64,000 nt of DNA from Deltaproteobacteria bacterium (lineage in GTDB: Bacteria; Desulfobacterota; Desulfarculia; Adiutricales; JAFDHD01): positions 2,946-66,945 of the forward strand of contig JAFDHD010000002.1 of NCBI GenBank assembly GCA_019308995.1, in the 5' to 3' direction. Positions 57,091 through 64,000 of the stretch are shown here, in pieces (the stretch's first letter is position 1; each line of letters begins with the position of its first letter). The notes beneath the pieces were generated by a model that searched no databases, was not told where the DNA came from, and worked only from the letters and a program-made list of their open reading frames with translations. Made by a program: the position numbers and the translations under genes.

Positions 57091-57951
57091 TTATGAACCC
57101 AGAAAGAATTCGAGCATGGCCCTGTTGACCTGATCCGGCTGTTCCCATATGGAGAAATGGCCGGAATCGTTGATGACAACGAAGCTCTCAAAACCCGGCA
57201 CCGCCTCTTCCAGGCCGGGACGAACGTAATCCAGAGGCTGGCGGGGGTCGTGGTCTGGGTAAATGAACCGCACCGGAAAAGTCATCTTCCCCCACCTTTC
57301 CATGGTGTTCACGCCTTCTGCCCCTACACTGTCCCGGAAGTAGCGGGGGAGAGCCTCGGCCACGCCCGGATACCCGGCTTCCTCAATGGCCCGGGCCAGT
57401 TCTTCTTCGGATATGGCATTAACCCCCTTCAGGCATGAACTCTGGTAAACCCCATGAATAAACTGCTCGGCGTTTTTCATGAGCCTGATGACCTGTTCCG
57501 GGTTTTCGCGAAACTGGCGGTGATGCGGGGCCATTTTGGGATCGTAGCGAAGCGTCGGCGTGGACATGTGACAGTATCCCACGATTCGCTCGGCGTCACT
57601 GACAGCCAGGAAGGAGGCGATGAGACCTCCCCAGTCGTGTCCGGCCAGCCGGTATCTATCCAGGCCCATAGCGTCCAGCAGAGCCGTAAGCTCACGGATG
57701 ACGCCTGGCATGGAGTAATCGCCGTCGCGCTTGACCGACTGCCCGTAACCTTTGAGGTCCGGGGCTATGACGCGAAAATGCTCGGCCAGGGCCGGAATCT
57801 GGTAGCGCCAGGAATACCAGCTTTCAGGCAGGCCGTGCAGCAGGACCACCGGCTCGCCCCGGCCCATTTCCACGTAGTGCCAGTTCAACCCGGTCGCCTC
57901 GATGAAATGATGTTTGAGTTCCTCTTCGTTAACCATTCTGGCCATCTTCAA
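57091..57951 (-). CDS. Alpha/beta hydrolase (epoxide-hydrolase / haloalkane-dehalogenase-like)
   Basis: VVLLHGLPESWYSWRYQIPAL...APDLKGYGQS...LAGHDWGG. Confidence 0.85.
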   Translation of the reverse strand: MKMARMVNEEELKHHFIEATGLNWHYVEMGRGEPVVLLHGLPESWYSWRYQIPALAEHFRVIAPDLKGYGQSVKRDGDYSMPGVIRELTALLDAMGLDRYRLAGHDWGGLIASFLAVSDAERIVGYCHMSTPTLRYDPKMAPHHRQFRENPEQVIRLMKNAEQFIHGVYQSSCLKGVNAISEEELARAIEEAGYPGVAEALPRYFRDSVGAEGVNTMERWGKMTFPVRFIYPDHDPRQPLDYVRPGLEEAVPGFESFVVINDSGHFSIWEQPDQVNRAMLEFFLGS

Positions 57952-58034
57952 TCTCCTTATAAGATTAAGTAAGCGGGTGGAATTTAACTAAAGCGTCCTA
58001 TAAAGATACACCAGGGTGAATGGAGGTTGGAAAT

Positions 58035-58058
58035 GGCAGGCTAGAAAGCCTGCCCCAC
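58035..58058. repeat. GGCAGGCT-agaa-AGCCTGCC-CCAC hairpin module
   Basis: Contains the inverted copy of the GTGGGGCAGGCTTTC module seen at 47914. Confidence 0.7.
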
Positions 58059-58098
58059 AAACATAATTGAAAAGTTAACATTTAGTTAAACCAATCCC

Positions 58099-58225
58099 CA
58101 TGTAGGTCAGGGTGCGAATCTCCCTGACAAAAAATTTTAAAAAGGGAATGACAGCCATCATCCTACAATATCCTGTCCAAAAATGTCAGGGCGCCTCACT
58201 TCGCGAACCACCATGACCTACAAAG
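58099..58225. repeat. REP-like element, two inverted units flanking a 54-bp spacer
   Basis: CATGTAGGTCAGGGTGCGAATCTCCCTGACA ... TGTCAGGGCGCCTCACTTCGCGAACCACCATGACCTACAAAG. Confidence 0.85.
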
Positions 58226-58228
58226 TTT

Positions 58229-58264
58229 AAAAATCCCCCTTTAGAAAAAGGGGGGATTTCCCCG
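58229..58264. repeat. AAAAATCCCCC-...-GGGGGATTT hairpin module
   Basis: AAAAATCCCCCTTTAGAAAAAGGGGGGATTTCCCC, related to 48003..48041. Confidence 0.6.
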
Positions 58265-58627
58265 GCACAAGAAATAGATGTCAAATATCTGGTTACCCGG
58301 TTTTTTCATCAACTCTTTTGAAAATGAACCTAAAATATTTTTCAAAGATAATCAATCCCCACGCCATAAAACCGGATCACAGTAAAGACACGATTCATCT
58401 TGCGCTCTGGTGCGGCCCGGCCATTTCCGCCCCTAGACCGGCCCGAATACCACGGGTGCTTGAATCTCTTTTCCATTGACACCTAAAATCATCTCTTCCT
58501 ATACTCCAGCCTGAAAAAGAAACGAAAAGCATTAAAGACGATCAAGGTGCGTGTCAGGTTCATTCAAGTGGCGTAAGTCAAATGTATGGTTAGGATCTAA
58601 AAATAGATAAACGAATGGAGGTTCGCC

Positions 58628-59656
58628 GTGGCTGTCAAGTTTCGTAAAATCCGCACCACCTCCAGGTTCCTCGACCCCAGAAACGATTATGCGGAAAAGG
58701 AAGTGCCTCTGGAATACAGAGTTGACCCGCTGACAAAAGATATGGGACTGGTGCGGGATATTCGTTTCAAGAATCCCTTTAAAACCGACCTGTCGCCTAT
58801 TGTGGCGAAATCTCTTGAAAGAGGATGTCCGTTTTGCAGTGAAAAAATAAAGAGTGTCACCCCCAAATTTACGCCTGCCTTTAGCGCTGATGAAAGGATC
58901 GCTGTGGGTGAAGCCACGGTCTTCCCCAATGCGGCCCCTTACATGCAGTACAGCGCCGTAACCGTGGTCAGCTCCGAGCACTTTGTCGGGTTGCCGGATT
59001 TTTCGCCCCAGATGTTGTCCGACGCACTCCTCGCTTCGCAGAGCTACCTTAAAAAAGTTCATCAATATGACCCCAGGGCGAAGTATTGCGGCATCATGTG
59101 GAACTACCTCCCCCCGGCCAACAGCAGTATGGTGCACCCGCATCTTCAGGCCTTTGCCAGCCGTTTCCCCATGGTTTATCAGAAGGAATTACTGGAGGCT
59201 TCAAAGCGGTATTACCGGCGGAACGGTTCGGTGTTTTGGGCCGACCTTATCCTCGAGGAGAAGAGGCTTCAGGAGAGATTCATTGGCGTTCTGGGCCGCA
59301 CGGCCTGGCTGGCCAGCTTTGTTCCCAGGTCTTTTCAGATGGATGTGCGGGCTATCTTTCAGGAACATGAGTCCATCCTCTCACTGTCCCATAAAGACCT
59401 TGAAGACCTGGCCGCGGGCTTGGTCAGGGTCTTCAAGTACATGGATGACCAGAACTATTACAGCTTCAACATGTTCATCTACTCAGGCCTTATCGGAGAA
59501 AAGAGCTTCTGGACCCAGGCGCGCCTCATCCAGAGGGGGCCGCTGCCTCCAATGGATATTTCCGACGCAGGCAACGCCACTCTCCTCGGGGACACCAGGA
59601 CCTCGATCAGAAGCCCTGAATTTGTCTGCGAGGGACTTAGATCGTATTTTTCTTGA
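58628..59656 (+). CDS. Galactose-1-phosphate uridylyltransferase-like (GalT / HIT-superfamily) protein
   Basis: CPFCSEK zinc knuckle and SSMVHPHLQAF (His-x-His-x-Gln active-site pattern). GGAGG RBS before the GTG start. Confidence 0.6.
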   Translation: MAVKFRKIRTTSRFLDPRNDYAEKEVPLEYRVDPLTKDMGLVRDIRFKNPFKTDLSPIVAKSLERGCPFCSEKIKSVTPKFTPAFSADERIAVGEATVFPNAAPYMQYSAVTVVSSEHFVGLPDFSPQMLSDALLASQSYLKKVHQYDPRAKYCGIMWNYLPPANSSMVHPHLQAFASRFPMVYQKELLEASKRYYRRNGSVFWADLILEEKRLQERFIGVLGRTAWLASFVPRSFQMDVRAIFQEHESILSLSHKDLEDLAAGLVRVFKYMDDQNYYSFNMFIYSGLIGEKSFWTQARLIQRGPLPPMDISDAGNATLLGDTRTSIRSPEFVCEGLRSYFS

Positions 59657-59758
59657 ACAGGCGCCTGGTAAAGATGATCCAGGAAGGCTTGAAGGCGGCG
59701 CGTGAACTTTTCTCACACAGATTTTAAATATGACTCAAACAGACATTGATATAAAGCC

Positions 59759-60283
59759 ATGGCCCTGCATCTGATCATTGACGGTTACAATTTCATTCGT
59801 CAGAGCCAGAGCCTTTCCCGGCAGGAGGCCCGGGGGCTTGGATTCGGCCGCGAGGCGCTCCTGGCCCGCCTGGCCTCATACAGGCGCATCAAGCCCCATC
59901 CCGTCACCGTGGTCTTTGATGCGGCCGAAGGGCCGATCCAGAGGCAGACCGCGGAAAAGACCCGTGGCATCAAGGTGGTTTACTCTTCAGCCAGAGAGAC
60001 GGCCGACCAGGTCATTATCCGCCTGGCCCGGCGCATGGGTTCGCAGGCGGTGGTGGTCAGCTCGGACCAGGCCTTATGCCAGGCCGTGGAAGCCGCTGGA
60101 GCCACGGCTGTTTCCTCCCCGGAGTTTGAAGAACGCATGGAACAGGCCTCCTGTTCAGACAAAAAAGGGGTGGAAGAAGAAGAGGAAGACTACCAGCCCT
60201 CCCGATCCACTCGCAAGAAGGGTCCGGCGCGGCGGCCGTCTCGCGCCGCCCGGCGCCGCAAGTCCCGTCTGAGCAAGATTTAG
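59759..60283 (+). CDS. NYN/YacP-like (PIN-fold) nuclease-domain protein with a basic C-terminal tail
   Basis: MALHLIIDGYNFIRQS...VTVVFDA...VVYSS...ADQVI. C-terminus is RKKGPARRPSRAARRRKSRLSKI. Confidence 0.6.
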   Translation: MALHLIIDGYNFIRQSQSLSRQEARGLGFGREALLARLASYRRIKPHPVTVVFDAAEGPIQRQTAEKTRGIKVVYSSARETADQVIIRLARRMGSQAVVVSSDQALCQAVEAAGATAVSSPEFEERMEQASCSDKKGVEEEEEDYQPSRSTRKKGPARRPSRAARRRKSRLSKI

Positions 60284-60327
60284 GCGCTGGCCAGGCCTCC
60301 GTCAAATGCCTCGCTTCGGCCTGTCAG

Positions 60328-60369
60328 CCTTGTAGGTCAGGGTGGCCCGCGAACTAGGTGGCCCTGACA
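60328..60369 (+). repeat. REP-like unit (GTAGGTCAGGGTG family)
   Basis: CCTTGTAGGTCAGGGTGGCCCGCGAACTAGGTGGCCCTGACA. Confidence 0.85.
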
Positions 60370-60471
60370 ATATTAACTTGACTGCCAGGCGCTTTACAAT
60401 TATCTTCTTTGACTTAGTAACGGAAATTTTAATTTTTCACTTTCACTTGCAGTTTGCCACGGGAAGGAACC

Positions 60472-62652
60472 ATGAAGCGGAAATTATGTGTGGCAGCGCT
60501 CCTTCTGGTTACGGCCGGTTTCCTTTTCCTGTCCATTGTTTCGCCGGCACAGGCGACCGAGGTCTATGCCAGGAAAACCGGGAAAGGCTGCATCTTCTGC
60601 CATGAGCAAAGCACCGGCGGGGCGCTCAAGACCGTCGGTTTTGCTTATATAAAAAACGGCTACCAGTATCCGATTCCCGAAAGGATACTGAAAAAGGCCG
60701 AAGCCCTGCAAACCCCTTTCCGCAAGACCCTGAGATTCATCATAGGCTACATTCATCTCCTGGCGGCCATCGTGTTTTTCGGGGCCATTTTTTATATCCA
60801 TATCTTTGTGAACCCCGCGCGTCTCACGGGCGGCATCCCCAAGGCGGAACGCATCCTGGGCCTTTCCTGTATGGTCACCCTGACTCTAAGCGGCATCTAC
60901 CTGACCTGGGCGCGCATCAGCAGGTGGGAGCAGTTCTTTAACAACACCTTCGGCCTCATGCTTTTCATCAAAATCCTCCTCTTTGCCTTGATGGTCGCCA
61001 TTGGCGTCACCGCCATCACCGTGGTAAACCGCCGCATGAAAAGGGAGAGGCAGAAGCCGGGCCTTGAGCTTGACACCGAAGAAATCACCCGGGCGAACCT
61101 GAGCTATTTTGACGGCTCCTCAGGCCAACCGGCCTATGTAATCTTTGAAAACAAGCTCTACGATGTCAGTGAGAGTGAGAAATGGAAGGGAGGGCGGCAT
61201 TTAGGGAAGCACACCGCCGGTCAGGACCTAACCGAGGCCCTGCTGCAGGATGCGCCTCACGGTCCGGAGGTCCTGGAAAGGGTGAAATATCGCGGTGAAA
61301 TTTCAGCAGAACAGATAGAGCCGCTAAAAGCCAGACCGGCTCAAAAGGTTTTTATCGTCATGGCCTACACCAATCTGGCGATCATTTTTTTGATTCTGGC
61401 CTGCATTAGTGTCTGGCGGTGGGGGTTTCCCTTGAGCCTGCTGCCTGAAAGACGGGCGGAGGTTCTGGCGGGAAAAAGCTGTATCCAGTGTCATCAGGCC
61501 AAAACGCCTGGCATATTTCATGACTGGCAGGCCAGCGTTCACGCCAGGGTCGGCGTGGACTGTTACAAGTGTCATATGGCTGCCTCGGATGACCTGGCCA
61601 GCCGGGCGCATTTTGAAAATAACCCCAACCCCATCGCCGTGGTGGTGACGCCGCAGAGGTGCGCCAGTTGCCATCCTGAGGAGGCCAGGCAGTATGCCTT
61701 GAGCAAACACGCGAACACGCATGCCATTATATGGAAGGTGGACCACTGGTTAAATGACGGCATGAACAACGCCATTGAACGGCTGAGCGGCTGCTATGCC
61801 TGTCACGGAACCGTGGTCAAGGTTCAGCATGGAAAGCCCGTTTCAGGCACCTGGCCGAACGTGGGAGTCGGCCGCATCAACCCCGATGGCAGCCTGGGTA
61901 GTTGCAGCAGCTGCCACACCCGGCACCGGTTTTCCATGGTGGAGGCGAGAAAGCCGGAGGCCTGCGAACAGTGTCATCTTGGACCCGACCACCCGCAGAT
62001 AGAGATTTACAACGAATCCAAACATGGCAGCATCTACCACGCCGAAGGCGACGGATGGACCTGGAGTCCTGATGATAGAAAGTGGCAGGCAGGCAGAGAT
62101 TTCCGGACGCCCACCTGTGCGGCCTGCCATATGTCCGCCGCCGGAGCGGTTCCCCGCACGCATGACCTCACGGAAAGGCTCGCCTGGGAGACGCAGGCCC
62201 CGTTGACGGTGAGACCCAGCGCCTTCAAACCCTTTCCGGCCCGAACAGACTGGAAAGAAGAACGCCAAAAAATGAAGCAGGTCTGTTTGCAGTGTCACTC
62301 CCCAAGCTGGACCGACGGTCATTTCCATAATCTGGACAAGGTGGTCTCCAATTACAATGAGAATTATTTCAAACCAATAAAGGCGCGCCTAGACGAGCTT
62401 TATGATGAGGGCCTGCTTTCAAGGGAAAGATATTTCGACGAACCCCTGGAATGGGAATTCTACGAGTTGTGGCATCACGAAGGCAGGAGAGCCAGAATGG
62501 GCGCGGCCATGATGGCGCCTGATTACGCCTGGTGGCACGGCTTCTATGAATTGAAACACCGCTTCAACCATATCATCCAGACCGCCCAAGAGCTAAGAAA
62601 ACGGGGCCAAGGCCCGGTTTATAAAGAGTTTCCAGGAAAATATGAAAAGTAA
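60472..62652 (+). CDS. Membrane-anchored multidomain cytochrome: monoheme c motif, 3 TM helices, cytochrome b5-like domain, 1 TM helix, HAO-type octaheme domain
   Basis: Signal peptide MKRKLCVAALLLVTAGFLFLSIVSPAQA and CIFCH. b5-like YFDGSSGQPAYVIFENKLYDVSESEKWKGGRHLGKHTAGQDLTEAL. Eight CxxCH motifs follow (CIQCH, CYKCH, CASCH, CYACH, CSSCH, CEQCH, CAACH, CLQCH) with HAO-family strings CSSCHTRHRFS, CEQCHLGPDHPQIEIYNESKHG and PDYAWWHGFYE. Confidence 0.8.
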   Translation: MKRKLCVAALLLVTAGFLFLSIVSPAQATEVYARKTGKGCIFCHEQSTGGALKTVGFAYIKNGYQYPIPERILKKAEALQTPFRKTLRFIIGYIHLLAAIVFFGAIFYIHIFVNPARLTGGIPKAERILGLSCMVTLTLSGIYLTWARISRWEQFFNNTFGLMLFIKILLFALMVAIGVTAITVVNRRMKRERQKPGLELDTEEITRANLSYFDGSSGQPAYVIFENKLYDVSESEKWKGGRHLGKHTAGQDLTEALLQDAPHGPEVLERVKYRGEISAEQIEPLKARPAQKVFIVMAYTNLAIIFLILACISVWRWGFPLSLLPERRAEVLAGKSCIQCHQAKTPGIFHDWQASVHARVGVDCYKCHMAASDDLASRAHFENNPNPIAVVVTPQRCASCHPEEARQYALSKHANTHAIIWKVDHWLNDGMNNAIERLSGCYACHGTVVKVQHGKPVSGTWPNVGVGRINPDGSLGSCSSCHTRHRFSMVEARKPEACEQCHLGPDHPQIEIYNESKHGSIYHAEGDGWTWSPDDRKWQAGRDFRTPTCAACHMSAAGAVPRTHDLTERLAWETQAPLTVRPSAFKPFPARTDWKEERQKMKQVCLQCHSPSWTDGHFHNLDKVVSNYNENYFKPIKARLDELYDEGLLSRERYFDEPLEWEFYELWHHEGRRARMGAAMMAPDYAWWHGFYELKHRFNHIIQTAQELRKRGQGPVYKEFPGKYEK

Positions 62653-62857
62653 ACAGAGGATCCGATAGAATTTTTCATATTAAACTGCTTTTCTTCGATT
62701 TGAGACCGAACTCGGGAAGGCAAAAAATCGCGGCTGCAAGCGCCATAGCCGGACGGCTTCACTGAAAAAGCCATCATGCGCCGAATCAGAATAAGACCTA
62801 TCTCCAATTTAAAGGGGAAAGCCCGGTGATTATACCCATGGGCCAGTATCACCTGGC

Positions 62858-62884
62858 CAGCAGAGTGCGAAGCCCCCTGACAAA
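62858..62884 (+). repeat. Degenerate partial REP-like unit
   Basis: CAGCAGAGTGCGAAGCCCCCTGACAAA matches the 3' half of the unit at 58099 (CAGGGTGCGAATCTCCCTGACAAA). Confidence 0.5.
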
Positions 62885-62900
62885 TATAACTCCCGGCCGG

Positions 62901-63920
62901 TTAAGGTTTAAGCAGTACCTTCACGGACTCCTCCACCTGGCACTGTATTTCAAAGGCCTCCCCGGCCTGATCCAGGGGAAACTCATGGCTGATAAGCCCC
63001 TGGCGATCAACCTTCTTGGTCCTCATCAATTCTAAGGCCTGTTCCACCTCTGGGGGTAAAAGACCGAATGACCCGAGGATGTTAATCTGCTTCGCCACCA
63101 TGGGCAGGAGGTTCAAAGACACGTTTTCCTCGAAGATCCCGTGAGCCACGATGCGGCCGGTAAAATCACGGGCCAGATCCATGGCCTGCTGGATGACCGG
63201 AGGTTCCGGGCGCTCCTTGATGTATCCGACGCAGTCATACACAATATCAACCAGGGGCGCGGTCACGGCTGAATAAAACATGAGCGGCGCTGAGCCGATC
63301 AACTCCGTGACCTTTTGCACCGTGTCCTCCTCGGCCGCATTGATAACCTCATCAGCGCCCAGCCGTTTGGCAAATTCAAGGCGGTGTTTCGACACATCCA
63401 CCATGATGAGCCTGTTCAGGCCAACCTCCAGGGCTTTCAAGCATTGAATAACGCCCAGCCCGATGATTCCCGCTCCGAAAATAACAGCGTTTTCTCCGCT
63501 GGCCGGGTTGGCCTTTAGCATAGCGTGCAGAGAATTTGCCAGGGGTTCCAGGGTGGCCGCCTCCTCATAGCTGACTTCCGGAGGCAGCTTGAAGACGTTT
63601 AAGCCCGGGAAAACAGTAACCGGGGTGTACTCGGCCATGCCTCCTCGGGAGAAGGTCCCCACGCGGTCTCCGATTTCGATGCCCTGCACCTGGCTCCCGA
63701 CCTCGACCACATCGCCGCTGAATTCATGTCCGGGTATTCCGCCCTTGTCCAATGGGCGGCAGAGCATATCGGCAAACAGGCCCAATTTGTACATGTGCAG
63801 GTCCGAGCCGCAGATACCGCAGGCCTTGACCTTGATCAGGATTTCATTATCCCCGATGACAGGTTTTTCCACCTCCTCCGTTTTAACGTCCTGTACTCCG
63901 TAATAAACAGCTGCTTTCAT
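62901..63920 (-). CDS. Zinc-dependent alcohol dehydrogenase (MDR family, threonine/sorbitol-dehydrogenase-like)
   Basis: MKAAVYYG...ILIKVKACGICGSDLHMY...GHEFSGDVVEVG...IFGAGIIGLG. Confidence 0.9.
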   Translation of the reverse strand: MKAAVYYGVQDVKTEEVEKPVIGDNEILIKVKACGICGSDLHMYKLGLFADMLCRPLDKGGIPGHEFSGDVVEVGSQVQGIEIGDRVGTFSRGGMAEYTPVTVFPGLNVFKLPPEVSYEEAATLEPLANSLHAMLKANPASGENAVIFGAGIIGLGVIQCLKALEVGLNRLIMVDVSKHRLEFAKRLGADEVINAAEEDTVQKVTELIGSAPLMFYSAVTAPLVDIVYDCVGYIKERPEPPVIQQAMDLARDFTGRIVAHGIFEENVSLNLLPMVAKQINILGSFGLLPPEVEQALELMRTKKVDRQGLISHEFPLDQAGEAFEIQCQVEESVKVLLKP

Positions 63921-64000
63921 CTTTCCCTCCTTTTTCGTTGTTGTGCTTGCATTGCTTGTTCATCCTTATATGGAATATTCAGCTGCCGGTTTCTGCAGCG

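Noticed and set aside
63921-64000. Minus-strand open frame ending in a TGA that overlaps the ADH start (ATGA), possibly the 3' end of an upstream gene.
   Set aside because: Only about 27 codons are visible (…NIPYKDEQAMQAQQRKRRER), which is too short to call.

Overview
This 64 kb window looks like a chromosomal segment from an anaerobic, Desulfobacterota/deltaproteobacterium-like organism. That assignment is an inference from gene content (class III RNR, siroheme/heme genes, an HAO-type multiheme cytochrome, a selenoprotein) and moderately high GC, not a database result. It is densely coding on both strands and mostly housekeeping. Recognisable genes include hemA with a ccsA-like gene and a precorrin-2 dehydrogenase, priA, ilvB-ilvN-ilvC, nrdD with a glutaredoxin-like gene and nrdG, and a complete glycine-cleavage operon (gcvT-H-PA-PB, an ACT regulator, lpd). 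An accessory-looking block at 48-58 kb carries a TPP enzyme, crotonases, alpha/beta hydrolases, an MFS transporter and an AlkP-family enzyme. I saw no rRNA, tRNA, CRISPR array, intact transposase or prophage. The observations I rank highest are: (1) A HesB/IscA-like gene with an in-frame UGA (selenocysteine) and a downstream hairpin at 42774..43100 on the minus strand, absent from the ORF track. (2) A second, strongly divergent GcvPA/GcvPB-like pair plus an ATP-NAD-kinase-like gene and an MFS transporter, placed directly in front of the canonical gcv operon. (3) A 726-aa fusion of a monoheme c motif, a 3-TM module, a cytochrome b5-like domain, a further TM helix and an HAO-type octaheme domain. 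(4) An ADP-forming acetyl-CoA synthetase gene whose middle is replaced by an Fe-ADH fragment and a Tat-exported solute-binding protein gene. (5) A dispersed REP-like hairpin family (GTAGGTCAGGGTG...CCCTGACA) at five intergenic loci. All functional calls rest on motifs I recognise by eye. No searches were run, and starts were refined only by RBS and start-codon inspection.
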